This document shows positions 8,805 through 18,421 of a stretch of DNA of 25,738 bases, one piece after another (within the stretch, counting starts at the first letter, position 1; each line of letters opens with the position of its first letter). This DNA is from Candidatus Binatia bacterium (GTDB taxonomy: Bacteria > Desulfobacterota > Binatia > Bin18): NCBI GenBank assembly GCA_963666315.2, contig CAXXHG010000044.1:1-25738 (forward strand), given 5' to 3'. Under the pieces are notes generated by a model that worked only from the letters and a program-made list of their open reading frames with translations, was not told the origin of the DNA and ran no database searches. Position numbers and translations under genes: made by a program.

Positions 8805-8836
8805 GACATCTTATATGATGTCATGCCAATCGTCTA
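8802..8836 (-). promoter_or_regulatory. TA promoter with palindromic operator
   Basis: TAGACG (8836-8831), 17 nt, TAAGAT (8813-8808). Perfect 9-bp inverted repeat CATGACATC-N6-GATGTCATG (8802-8825). Confidence 0.65.
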
Positions 8837-9021
8837 CGAAAAAGTGGTGTAGGCGGCTGGTGAGTGTGTGCGCTTCCAGCCAGCGAAAAAAACGAATTGA
8901 TATCTTCGCTGATAAGCTCAAAACGCCTTCGCTTGGACAAAAAAATCTAAAACATCCGACTTGCTGCACCGGAGGCCGGATTTCTCCTTGCCATTTGACC
9001 CTTCATAAAAGACGTTGAGGT

Positions 9022-9152
9022 ATGCCCTCCTAACGCCCAGCCGCCAGACTTAACCCCCACGCTGAAACTATCCGCTCAATGGAAGCAGGAAAGTCTTTCG
9101 GACCGTGAGATTGCGGCTAGGCTCGAAGAAGAATACGACCTCAAAGTCTCCT
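9022..9152 (+). pseudogene. Decayed HTH-like gene remnant
   Basis: GAGGT-ATG, then MPS*RPAARLNPHAETIR / frameshift / QWKQESLSDREIAARLEEEYDLKVS, which resembles an HTH. Confidence 0.4.
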
Positions 9153-9180
9153 GTCGCCCTTGGGAGAGAGAAAAGAACGG

Positions 9181-9579
9181 TCAGCCCATGGTTGAGACGC
9201 GTTCGGCCTCAATCTTGTAAATCACCCGGACTTCGCCTGGTTGGCGATTCGGGTATTTGTCTTGATCTAGGTATTTCTTGGCGAGTGTGTCAATGTGGTC
9301 GTCCGCACCGTCTTCTGTGATCTGTACAATCGTTCCACGGATTTGCATAAAACGATACGGATTGTCCGGATCGTGGATTTCGAGCGCGACCTTCGGCCGG
9401 GCACGCATATTCTTGTCTTTCCTGCGTCCTTTGGCAGAATTGATGCAGAAATGTGTCCCGTCGTAGTCAAACCAAATCGGGGTGACCTGCGGACTGCCGT
9501 CGGCCATGACTGTACCCAGATGGGCAAACGCCTTTTTGTGTAAAAGGTCTTGATATTCTACCGGTATTTCTGCTGCCAT
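9181..9579 (-). CDS. PPOX-class, probably F420-dependent, oxidoreductase
   Basis: AHLGTVMADGSPQVTPIWF, GRRKDKNMRARPKVAL, DPDNPYR, LAKKYL. Confidence 0.88.
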   Translation of the reverse strand: MAAEIPVEYQDLLHKKAFAHLGTVMADGSPQVTPIWFDYDGTHFCINSAKGRRKDKNMRARPKVALEIHDPDNPYRFMQIRGTIVQITEDGADDHIDTLAKKYLDQDKYPNRQPGEVRVIYKIEAERVSTMG

Positions 9580-9696
9580 CAGTCGTTCTCCTTTCGCATT
9601 CGAGGATGCTTGTGCGATGCTTGTATGGTGCGCTTACAAGACTCTTGCCCGAATTGTATTGAGCCGCAGGGACAGAGTCGAGCCCGGGGGAAACGG

Positions 9697-12045
9697 TTAC
9701 TCCGCCTGCTTAATAGCTCCTGCCCGGAGTAAGTGGTCTAGCTGCTCCTCACTATATCCGACAACCTGGTGCAGAACCTCGCGGGTATGTTGCCCAAGAA
9801 TCGGGGCCACACGTGGAATGGCTGTTGGCGTACGTGAGAATGTGCCCAACAAACCGGTCTGTCGTACCTCTCCCCATTCGGGATGTCTATGCGTGGCAAT
9901 CAGGTTGTTTGCCGCAATATGTTCATCCGCAAAGAGTTCGGCGATCGATACAATCGGAGCGCAGGGAACGCCGGCTTGATCGAGCCGGGCTATCCATTCC
10001 GCCGTTGGGTGCGTCTGGAATAGGTCTGCAAGGCTCAGGCCCAGGGTGCCGTCAGCGTCTTCCTCTGAAGCCGTTTGCAAAGAATAGTTTTGGAGCACGT
10101 TCGGGCGGTTTACTATCTGCCCCAGTGCCTGCCAGTGTGCCTCGTCTACAACCGCTAAGGAGAGGGATGAATCAGCTGTCGGATAAATACGGTAGAGTGG
10201 GCTCGTTCCCCAGAGATCAGCTGCGCCGTTTTCAAGGTCGGGTCGATCCGGATAGAAAATAAAATCCCCTGCTTGGACGGCCATGGCTGCATTAGCCAAT
10301 GACGTTTCGACATGTTGGCCTTTGCCGGTCCCATTACGCACGTACAGGGCGGCACTCACTCCGTAAGCGGTCAACGTTGCAGCGGTGTAGTCGCATACCC
10401 CACACGTCAGATAGAACGGCGGCTGAGCATGTCCGCCCTGGGCCTGCATGACACCGGAGCGTGCTTGGAGTAATGGATCAAAGCCAGGTTGATTATAGTC
10501 CGGACCGTCGGCGCCAAAACCCGTTACCGAGGCGTGAATAATGCGTGGATTGACGGCGTTCAGCGTCGCGTAATCGATACCATAGCGCTGGGTTGCACCG
10601 GGGCGTAGGTTTTCGACCACAACGTCAGCGTTGCGGACCAGGTCATATACGACTTCTTTTCCTTCGGGAGTACTGAGATTCACACAAATCCCCCGTTTGC
10701 CTTGATTCCAGCCTAAGAATCCAAAACCAAAGGTGCGGAATGCGTCGCCGGAGAAGGTCTCGACTTTGATCACATCCGCGCCAAGCTGGGCCAGGATCAT
10801 CGGTCCCAAAGTGCCGGCGATATAACTGGAGAAGTCGAGCACGCGAACGCCTGCGAGCGGAGGGGTGGGGGAATGCGTTGGGTGCGAATCTAAGGCGCTG
10901 CGTTCGGAAGGTCTTACTTGCGAACCCCACGGCGGGTCGGATTGGATCTCGGCCGAGTGCTGGCCTAAAAGCGGTGCTGGTCCGCTCATGCTTCCTGGAG
11001 TGTCGGACATACGTAAGGGCACGCCCATTTGTACGGTCGGGCCGAGTTCCGGGTCTTCGACTTCAACCCGCATGCCGTTGTGGATAATCTGTGGAAGTGC
11101 GATAAATTCTTGACGACTGGTGACGGGGGCAGCCGGGACATCGTTCTCACGCAGAATACGCAACCACTCCTCACGTGGTTTTGTGACCATGACGGTGGCG
11201 ATAGTATCAATAAGCTCCCGGCGATCTTCCGGCAGGATGCCCCAGGGAGCTTTGCCATAGCGTGGGTCTGCCGTCCATTCTGGATGTTCTAAGGCCAGAC
11301 AGAATTTATTCCAAAACGTGGCATTGCCACAGGCGACAAACAGCCAGTCGTCCGAGGCTTGATACAGCCGGTAGGCGGGTATGGGTCCGAGCGGGTCTTG
11401 GCGACTGCTGAAAAAGCGTAACATGTCCGGGTGATCGAGGGTTGCGCCGGTCTGCATGGCAAACATGCCGGCTAGCCAGGATACTTCGAGCCGCTGTCCT
11501 TGCTGACTCTGGTCGCGCTCGAATAATGCCGCGGAAATCGCACCTGAGGCGATAAAGGCTGCTCCGTAGCTGGCAATAGGAATGACGAGATACACGCCGC
11601 CGTCGCGGTGTGACCACTGGCTGCCGTGGAGTCCGCCTAGTGCGGCCACAAGAGCATCGTCCGGATAGCGATTGGCCTGCGGACCTGTGCTGCCGAAGGC
11701 CGGCATGTGGCAGTAAATCGGTCTAGGGTTGACCGTCCGCAGCTCCGTATACGCGAGGCCCAATTCGTCTTCGGTTCCGGGCTGGTGATCTGTAATGAGG
11801 ACATCCGCCTCGGCAGCGAGCCGACCAATACTAGCGCGACCTTCTTGTGAAGTCAGGTCGATGGTGATGCTGCGTTTACTGCGATTCCAAACATGAAAGC
11901 CGGGCGTGCCGCGCATGGCATCGCCTTGTGGGGGCTCGATTTTGATCACATCGGCGCCCTGTTCAGCCAGCAGCATGCCGGTGTATGGCCCGGCGATGCC
12001 TTGGGCAACTTCAAGAATCCGCACTCCGACTAATGCGCCTGGCAT
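9697..12045 (-). CDS. Family III CoA-transferase (CaiB/BaiF) with two tandem domains
   Basis: Two copies of LxGVRxLx...AGP/AGT...GADVIKxE...WNxxKRxI, each ending in an APxLGQH-like motif. AAGGA RBS before ATG 12045. Confidence 0.92.
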   Translation of the reverse strand: MPGALVGVRILEVAQGIAGPYTGMLLAEQGADVIKIEPPQGDAMRGTPGFHVWNRSKRSITIDLTSQEGRASIGRLAAEADVLITDHQPGTEDELGLAYTELRTVNPRPIYCHMPAFGSTGPQANRYPDDALVAALGGLHGSQWSHRDGGVYLVIPIASYGAAFIASGAISAALFERDQSQQGQRLEVSWLAGMFAMQTGATLDHPDMLRFFSSRQDPLGPIPAYRLYQASDDWLFVACGNATFWNKFCLALEHPEWTADPRYGKAPWGILPEDRRELIDTIATVMVTKPREEWLRILRENDVPAAPVTSRQEFIALPQIIHNGMRVEVEDPELGPTVQMGVPLRMSDTPGSMSGPAPLLGQHSAEIQSDPPWGSQVRPSERSALDSHPTHSPTPPLAGVRVLDFSSYIAGTLGPMILAQLGADVIKVETFSGDAFRTFGFGFLGWNQGKRGICVNLSTPEGKEVVYDLVRNADVVVENLRPGATQRYGIDYATLNAVNPRIIHASVTGFGADGPDYNQPGFDPLLQARSGVMQAQGGHAQPPFYLTCGVCDYTAATLTAYGVSAALYVRNGTGKGQHVETSLANAAMAVQAGDFIFYPDRPDLENGAADLWGTSPLYRIYPTADSSLSLAVVDEAHWQALGQIVNRPNVLQNYSLQTASEEDADGTLGLSLADLFQTHPTAEWIARLDQAGVPCAPIVSIAELFADEHIAANNLIATHRHPEWGEVRQTGLLGTFSRTPTAIPRVAPILGQHTREVLHQVVGYSEEQLDHLLRAGAIKQAE

Positions 12046-12071
12046 AGGGTATTCCTTCATCACACAAATCA

Positions 12072-13154
12072 TCACACACTTTTGCCGACTATTTGACTCA
12101 TGTGACTAACGCCGTCTCTCTCCAAGATGCGTACCAAGCCACGAACAATCCGCTTTGCGAGGAAGGGACCGGCATAAATCATCCCGGTATAAATCTGGAC
12201 TACTGATGCGCCGGCACACATTCTCTCATATGCATCTTCAGCCGAGAATATCCCGCCGACACCAATGAGCGGGAGCTGTCCTTCGACTGCGCGGTAGAGA
12301 GTAGACAACACTTCGCTTGCTGTACTCGCGAGTGGGCGACCACTCAGTCCGCCCGTTTCATTTGATGCTGAGCGGAGTCCAGAGTGTTCGACGGTGGTAT
12401 TTGTCGCAATTAACCCCGAGACGCCGACAGAGAGAGCAAGCTGAGCGATTTCTCCAATTTCAGTTTCACTGAGGTCGGGCGCGATCTTGACCAAGAGTGG
12501 CTTTGGCGACGCGTCTGATGTTCTGGCGAACTGTCGAATGTACGTAAGGAGTGCCTCCAATAATTTGCTTAAGCGTTCAGGCTCTTGCAGTTTGCGCAGT
12601 TCCGCCGTGTTCGGGGAACTGACATTCACCACAAGATAGTCGGCAAACGGCAGCAGCTTTTCGCAACTCTCAAGATAGTCGTCTACGGCTTCTTCGAGCG
12701 GAGTGACTTTTGATTTGCCGATATTGAATCCGAGCGGAACGGGGCGAGGATGCTGGGAGGACAAAAGTCCGGGCAGGCGCTGGGCAACTACTGCCGCTCC
12801 GTCGTTGTTAAAGCCTAGACGGTTAATCAGAGCGCTGTCTTGAGCAAGGCGAAAAATACGTGGCTTAGGGTTGCCTGGCTGGGCCTTGGCGGTAATGGTT
12901 CCGAGTTCGGCAAAGCCGAATCCCAGCGACGACCAGACTCGGGGGACCTGTGCGTTTTTGTCGTATCCGGCGGCAAGTCCGACTGGATTGGGGAAACGTA
13001 ATCCCCACAGGTCCTGGCTGAGGCGTGGATGGCTGAGTGCCGGCGTGAGTCTGACTTGGGATGCCTGCAGCAGTTTCAGCGCATTGATCGAAAGATGGTG
13101 GGCTTGCTCGGGGTCGAGAGAAAAAAAGAAAGGACGGAGGAGAGGGTAGAGCAT
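12072..13154 (-). CDS. pyrD: Quinone-dependent dihydroorotate dehydrogenase
   Basis: NPVGLAAGYDK, QPGNPKPR, INRLGFN, NVSSPNT, LVKIAPD, GGLSG. Confidence 0.96.
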   Translation of the reverse strand: MLYPLLRPFFFSLDPEQAHHLSINALKLLQASQVRLTPALSHPRLSQDLWGLRFPNPVGLAAGYDKNAQVPRVWSSLGFGFAELGTITAKAQPGNPKPRIFRLAQDSALINRLGFNNDGAAVVAQRLPGLLSSQHPRPVPLGFNIGKSKVTPLEEAVDDYLESCEKLLPFADYLVVNVSSPNTAELRKLQEPERLSKLLEALLTYIRQFARTSDASPKPLLVKIAPDLSETEIGEIAQLALSVGVSGLIATNTTVEHSGLRSASNETGGLSGRPLASTASEVLSTLYRAVEGQLPLIGVGGIFSAEDAYERMCAGASVVQIYTGMIYAGPFLAKRIVRGLVRILERDGVSHMSQIVGKSV

Positions 13155-13177
13155 GAATCGTTCAATCCGCTCCGTCT

Positions 13178-13897
13178 TTATTCAATCTCTCCAACAGCAG
13201 GGGCCAGATCCTCTTGCTCTAGCATTTCGAGTGTCTGGAATGCGGCCGCCTGATGGGCGCTTTTTTTGCTGCGTCCTTCACCGCTGCCATAGGTTTTTCC
13301 GGCAATCGAGACTTGGCTGACGAAACGCTTCTGATGGTCGGGGCCGTGAACTTCGATGACCTCGTAGTCAGGCGTTTCCTTGAATATTTTTTGGGTTAGT
13401 TCTTGGAGACGGGTTTTACTGTCAAACTCGGCGATGCGACCCGTTTGGCGCAGATCTTCCTCAAAATGGCGGGCAACTAACTGGGCCGCTGGAGTGTATC
13501 CGCCATCAAGATAGACCGCGCCCAACACGGCTTCGTAGGCCGCAGCCAGAATGGACGACTTCTGGCGACCGCCACTGTGCTCTTCCCCCCAGCCCATGCG
13601 CAGCCACGAACCCAAGGCCAGGGATTCGGCTTTCAGCGCAAGAACCTGGGCGTTGACAAGAGAGGCCCGCATTTTTGATAGATCGCCCTCACGATACTGG
13701 GGATAGTGACAAAAGAGCAGCGCACTAATGGCGAGTCCTAGAACTGCATCCCCCAGGAATTCGATCTTTTCGTTATGATCTTCTCCTTCATGCAGCTGAG
13801 AGGAGCAGTGGGTCAATGCCAGCCGGAGGAGGGCAGGGTCGCTAAACGTATAGCCCAGAGTGGATTCGAGGTCTGCGATGTCCGTGACTTCAGGCAT
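13178..13897 (-). CDS. rnc: Ribonuclease III
   Basis: NEKIEFLGDAVL signature, EAVLGAVYLD, dsRBD (KTRLQE...GRSKKSAHQAAA). Confidence 0.96.
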   Translation of the reverse strand: MPEVTDIADLESTLGYTFSDPALLRLALTHCSSQLHEGEDHNEKIEFLGDAVLGLAISALLFCHYPQYREGDLSKMRASLVNAQVLALKAESLALGSWLRMGWGEEHSGGRQKSSILAAAYEAVLGAVYLDGGYTPAAQLVARHFEEDLRQTGRIAEFDSKTRLQELTQKIFKETPDYEVIEVHGPDHQKRFVSQVSIAGKTYGSGEGRSKKSAHQAAAFQTLEMLEQEDLAPAVGEIE

Positions 13898-13933
13898 ACA
13901 GCTTCTCAACCGATCGGATTGCAGCTCGCTCAG

Positions 13934-15334
13934 TTATGACTCTTGCGCATATGCCCTGGGGACGACGGCCTGTTCGACAATATTGCCCCATAGTAGGCCG
14001 TCACTCGTCCGCGTGATGCTGACGGGAACTTCGCGATTCATGTCTGCGTCGCTACCCTCTGCCAAGACGCGCAGGTAGTTGCGACTGTAGCCTTTGAGGA
14101 GACCGCTGGCTTTATCCCGCGTATGCTCAAACAGCACGGGTAAGGTCGCGCTGACAAACTGACGAGTAAAGTCTGCTTTCTTGCGCTCGCCGAGCGTGCG
14201 CACCTGACGTGCGCGTGTCGTGATGATGGCTGGCGGCACCTGGTCGGAAAACTTCGCCGCTGTTGTTCCGCTCCGGACTGAGTAGGGGAATACGTGAAAA
14301 TAGGTAAACGGGCTTGCTTCCAAGAAGTCCATGCCGCAGGCAAACTCTTCTTCTCCTTCGCCTGGAAAACCCACGATAAGATCCGTACCCAGCGCGGCAG
14401 TGGGTAAACGTTCACGCAGCCGGCTTAAGACCTCACGCGCGAGCGTGGTATCATAGCGCCGGCGCATGCGGGCCAAGACGGAATCCTCGCCCCACTGCAA
14501 GGGAATATGCAAATGCGGACACAGCAGCTTAGATCCGGACAGGAGCTGCATGAGCGGCTCGCTAATCTCGTGCGGGTCGAGTGAACTCAGACGGATGCGC
14601 GGCACAGGTCTGCGTTCTTCGATCGCTTCCAGCAGCCAGATCAAATCGACCGTAGGATCGAGGTCTTCTCCGTATCCACCTAGATGGATGCCGGTCAGCA
14701 CGACCTCCTGAAAGCCTTGAGCCGCCAGGCGATCGAGCGAGTCCAAAATCTTACGTGGCTCGACGCTGCGGCTTTTACCGCGTGACATGGGCACAATACA
14801 AAACGTACAGAACAGGTCACAGCCTTCTTGAATCTTGAGAAAGGCGCGGGTCTGGCGCTGAAACGTGACCGCGCCAAACGTGTCGATCCGCGGTGGCGTC
14901 CCGTGCTCGGATTTGCGCAAATTGCTGACAAAGATATTGTGGGCCGGCTTGTGGTATGCCGGGCTTTCGTCTGACACAAGACGGACAAGATCGTCCAGCC
15001 TGTTCAGTCCTACGACAAAGTCCACCTCAGGGAGGGTGGCGACTGCGGTTGGATTCACTTGGGCATAGCAGCCGGTCATAATCACTCGGGCGTCTGGGTT
15101 GCGCCGTTTTGCCCGCCGGGCAAGCTGACGGCTCTCGGCATCGGCCTGATTGGTCACAGTACAGCTGTTGACAATATACACGTCGGCAAACTCGCTAAAG
15201 GGAACACACTGGTGTCCCTCTGCGCTCAGCCGCTCCTGAATGCTGGCCGTGTCATACTGGTTGACCTTGCAGCCCAAGGTGGTGAGGGCAACCCGGCGCG
15301 AGGTGTGGGGTGAAGGGGCGGCTGCGAGTGACAT
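13934..15334 (-). CDS. mtaB: tRNA t6A37 methylthiotransferase
   Basis: TLGCKVNQYD, VNSCTVT, RAFLKIQEGCDLFCTFC radical SAM motif, HVFPYS. Confidence 0.93.
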   Translation of the reverse strand: MSLAAAPSPHTSRRVALTTLGCKVNQYDTASIQERLSAEGHQCVPFSEFADVYIVNSCTVTNQADAESRQLARRAKRRNPDARVIMTGCYAQVNPTAVATLPEVDFVVGLNRLDDLVRLVSDESPAYHKPAHNIFVSNLRKSEHGTPPRIDTFGAVTFQRQTRAFLKIQEGCDLFCTFCIVPMSRGKSRSVEPRKILDSLDRLAAQGFQEVVLTGIHLGGYGEDLDPTVDLIWLLEAIEERRPVPRIRLSSLDPHEISEPLMQLLSGSKLLCPHLHIPLQWGEDSVLARMRRRYDTTLAREVLSRLRERLPTAALGTDLIVGFPGEGEEEFACGMDFLEASPFTYFHVFPYSVRSGTTAAKFSDQVPPAIITTRARQVRTLGERKKADFTRQFVSATLPVLFEHTRDKASGLLKGYSRNYLRVLAEGSDADMNREVPVSITRTSDGLLWGNIVEQAVVPRAYAQES

Positions 15335-15345
15335 GAATCTCCCTT

Positions 15346-16446
15346 CTAGAGCGGCTCTTCAATCCAGCCACCGCCTAACACCTGGTTATCGTCGTAAAAA
15401 ACGACCGCCTGGCCAGGGGTGACAGCTGGATGTTTGTCTTGAAACCAGACGTCGGCTGTCGCGTTCGGTCGGGTGACGACCGTGGCAGCAATCGGCGTGT
15501 GGCGATAGCGAATCTTCACAGCAACCTGGACTTCAGCCGGCTGCTCGCCGGATACCCAGCTGATCTCTTTCGCCCGCAGACCGCGCATGTTGAGCTGGTC
15601 TTGAGTCCCGACAGTCACGCGGCCGGACGGTGCGTCAATCTGGGTCACATAGCGAGGTTCGGAAAGCCCACCGAGCCCAAGACCGCGCCGCTGGCCAACG
15701 GTGAAACGATGGATGCCATGGTGCGTGCCAAGAACCTGGCCGGCCTGATCAACCACTTCACCCGGCGTCATTTGGTCGGGATCTAAACGCTGCTCTAGGA
15801 AGCGGGCATAATTCCCGTCCGGAACAAAGCAGATATCCTGACTTTCCGGCTTTTCTGCTACGCGCAGATCCAGTGCGCGGGCTTTTTCACGCACCTGCTC
15901 TTTGGTCAGATGTCCCACCGGAAAGAGGGTGCGCATCAGCTGCGGCTGGCTCAAAGTAAATAAGAAATACGACTGGTCTTTGTACGGATCGGCCCCGCGC
16001 AGGAGTTGGGCTTTCTGCGTTTCGTCATCCCAGGCGATCTGGGCGTAATGACCGGTGGCGACAAATTCCGCATCGAGTTCGCGCGCGCGCTGCCACAGCA
16101 CATCAAACTTGAGGTCTCGATTGCACAAGAGGCATGGATTTGGGGTGCGACCGTGCTGATATTCACGCGTAAACACATCAATAACGCGGGTCTGAAAGGC
16201 ATCTTTCAGATTGAGTACGTAGTAGGGAATGCCGAGCTGTTCGGCAACCCGGCGTGCGTCCTGAAAGTCATCAATCGAGCAGCAACTGCCTGCATGGCCT
16301 TCGGCCGAACCCGCCAGCAACATGGAGATGGCAATCACGTCATAGCCGGCCTCAACCAGCAGGGCTGTCGCGACCGCGCTATCGACCCCGCCGCTCAGGG
16401 CGGACAGCACGCGTTTGCCTCGGTTTTTGGGCATGGAGTTTACCAT
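15346..16446 (-). CDS. mnmA: tRNA 2-thiouridine(34) synthase
   Basis: SGGVDS PP-loop, TPNPCLLCN, ATGHYA, KDQSYFL, SQDICF, TPGQ. Start may be 16434. Confidence 0.96.
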   Translation of the reverse strand: MVNSMPKNRGKRVLSALSGGVDSAVATALLVEAGYDVIAISMLLAGSAEGHAGSCCSIDDFQDARRVAEQLGIPYYVLNLKDAFQTRVIDVFTREYQHGRTPNPCLLCNRDLKFDVLWQRARELDAEFVATGHYAQIAWDDETQKAQLLRGADPYKDQSYFLFTLSQPQLMRTLFPVGHLTKEQVREKARALDLRVAEKPESQDICFVPDGNYARFLEQRLDPDQMTPGEVVDQAGQVLGTHHGIHRFTVGQRRGLGLGGLSEPRYVTQIDAPSGRVTVGTQDQLNMRGLRAKEISWVSGEQPAEVQVAVKIRYRHTPIAATVVTRPNATADVWFQDKHPAVTPGQAVVFYDDNQVLGGGWIEEPL

Positions 16447-16475
16447 ATGTCAAAATCTAACAAAATTGTCGGATG

Positions 16476-16584
16476 CTGTCGTGGGCGCAGCAGTTGTCTT
16501 CGTACGGTACTGTCGTAGGGGCGCAGCGTTTGTCTTCGTATGGCAGCGGCATGTCTCATATTCGTTTCAAATCTACGCCCCTAC
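16476..16584. repeat. Degenerate tandem duplication and inverted GTAGGGGCG REP-like ends
   Basis: CTGTCGT(AG)GGGCGCAGC..TTGTCTTCGTA.GG occurs twice (16476-16507, 16510-16543). GTAGGGGCG at 16515 and CGCCCCTAC at 16576-16584. Confidence 0.55.
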
Positions 16585-17765
16585 ATTGTTCTTGATGCTT
16601 TGCGCACTCGCTCGACAATCTGCGGCAGGACTTCAAGAACCTGGGCGATCTCTTCCTCCGTGGTATGGATACCGGCACTGAACCGAATCGCACTTTTGGC
16701 TCCCGCTTCGTCACAGCCCAGCGCTTGGAGGACGTGGGATGGTTCGACTGAACCCGCAGCGCAGGCAGACCCGGTGGAGACGGCAATACCGGCCAGATCA
16801 AGACCCATCATCAAGCCTTCACCCGATGCCCCCATAAACCCAACGTTCAGCGTATTGGGTAGGCAGGTCTGCATGGGCGTGTGGCGGACCACCTCAGGGA
16901 TATGGCTCTGAATACCGTTCCACAGCAGGGCTATGAGATGTATCAGCCGGGCGGCCTGCGTTTCAATATCTTGGCCGGCCAAGCTGGCTGCAGTCCCAAA
17001 GCCGACGGCTGCGGCAACGTTCTCTGTGCCTGGGCGCTTTTCACGTTCCTGGGGCCCGCCCCGAAAAACCGGGTGCAGTGCCGTGCCGGTGCGTATATAC
17101 AGCGCGCCTATGCCTTTTGGGCCATAGATTTTATGCGCCGAGAGGGACAATGCGTCCACACCGAGCTGATCGACATCAAGCGGCAGCTTACCTGCGGCCT
17201 GAACGGCGTCCACATGCAGCGGGACACCGTGGGCGTGGGTGATGTGGCTGAGTTCTCGAATCGGTTGCAGGGTACCGATCTCATGATTGGCCAGCCCGAT
17301 GCTGACCACTACCGTGTCGGGTGTGAGGGCTGCTTCAAGATCGCCAGGACTGAGCCGGCCGGCGGCATCGACTGGCAGCGTGGTGAGCGTGACTTCCTGG
17401 CTGCCCAGGATCTTTTGGCTGCTCAGGACTGTGGCCGTTTCCAAGACGGACGAATGCTCGATGCCGGTTGTGATGATGTGTGCGTTCTTACCTTCGCGTG
17501 TCTGCCGCCTGCCCTCAGAAATACCACGTAAAGCAAGATTATTGCTTTCCGTACCACCGCTGGTGAACAGGACTTCAGCCGGTTTGGCATGAATCAGGCC
17601 AGCCACCTGCTCACGTGCCTCCTCCAGGGCTTGTTTGGCTCGGCGGCCAACCTGGTGCAGGCTGGACGGATTGCCAAAATGCGTTTGTAAGCAGGGCACC
17701 ATGGCCTCTAATACTTCCGGCCGTATGGGAGTTGTGGCGTTATAATCGAGGTAGATAGGCGGCAT
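16581..17765 (-). CDS. iscS: Cysteine desulfurase, class I (IscS/NifS)
   Basis: IYLDYNATT, TSGGTESNN, HVDAVQ, SAHKIYGPKG, STGSAC. Confidence 0.93.
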   Translation of the reverse strand: MPPIYLDYNATTPIRPEVLEAMVPCLQTHFGNPSSLHQVGRRAKQALEEAREQVAGLIHAKPAEVLFTSGGTESNNLALRGISEGRRQTREGKNAHIITTGIEHSSVLETATVLSSQKILGSQEVTLTTLPVDAAGRLSPGDLEAALTPDTVVVSIGLANHEIGTLQPIRELSHITHAHGVPLHVDAVQAAGKLPLDVDQLGVDALSLSAHKIYGPKGIGALYIRTGTALHPVFRGGPQEREKRPGTENVAAAVGFGTAASLAGQDIETQAARLIHLIALLWNGIQSHIPEVVRHTPMQTCLPNTLNVGFMGASGEGLMMGLDLAGIAVSTGSACAAGSVEPSHVLQALGCDEAGAKSAIRFSAGIHTTEEEIAQVLEVLPQIVERVRKASRTM

Positions 17766-17773
17766 GATTATAT

Positions 17774-18421
17774 TCAGTCTTCCCAGCCGTACTGTCCGCG
17801 GAGTTTGACAAAGCGACATTCGCCGAAATATTCTTCGCGCAGGCCGCTGGGTTCTTTGCTGACCTTGACCAAGGTTTGGAGTTCTTCTTCACCCATAGGC
17901 AGCACCAGGCGTCCGCCTGGTATGAGCTGCGAGAGCAAAGGGCGAGGCAGACAGGGTGCGGCTGAGCCCACAACGACGGCGTCAAACGGAGCGTGATCCG
18001 GCCACCCCAGGCTGCCGTCGCCAACGTCGATCAAAACATTGTGATAGCCCAGGGTGTGCAGGGTTGCTTGGGCACGGCTGGCAAGCGATTCGAGACGTTC
18101 AACCGAGTAGACCATAGCCCCCAGCTCGGCAAGAATGGCGCTGAAATAGCCCGAGCCGGTGCCGATCTCAAGAATGCGTTCCGTCTGCTCAAGCTGCAGA
18201 ACCTGGGCCATTATGGCAATCATATAGGGCTGAGAGATGGTTTGGTTCTCCCCAATGGGGAGGGGATAATCTTCGTACGCTTGATCCCTCAAGTAATTTT
18301 CAACAAAAGCATGGCGCGGCACCTGGCGCATGACGGCCAGCACGCGGGCATCCGTAATGCCCCGGGCCGCCAGCTGGTCTTGGACCATGCGTTCTCGGGC
18401 TTGTGTATATGCTAGGGCCAT
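17774..18421 (-). CDS. pcm: Protein-L-isoaspartate O-methyltransferase
   Basis: VPRHAFV, AYEDYPLPIG, QTISQPY, LEIGTGSGY, GDGSLGW. Confidence 0.96.
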   Translation of the reverse strand: MALAYTQARERMVQDQLAARGITDARVLAVMRQVPRHAFVENYLRDQAYEDYPLPIGENQTISQPYMIAIMAQVLQLEQTERILEIGTGSGYFSAILAELGAMVYSVERLESLASRAQATLHTLGYHNVLIDVGDGSLGWPDHAPFDAVVVGSAAPCLPRPLLSQLIPGGRLVLPMGEEELQTLVKVSKEPSGLREEYFGECRFVKLRGQYGWED

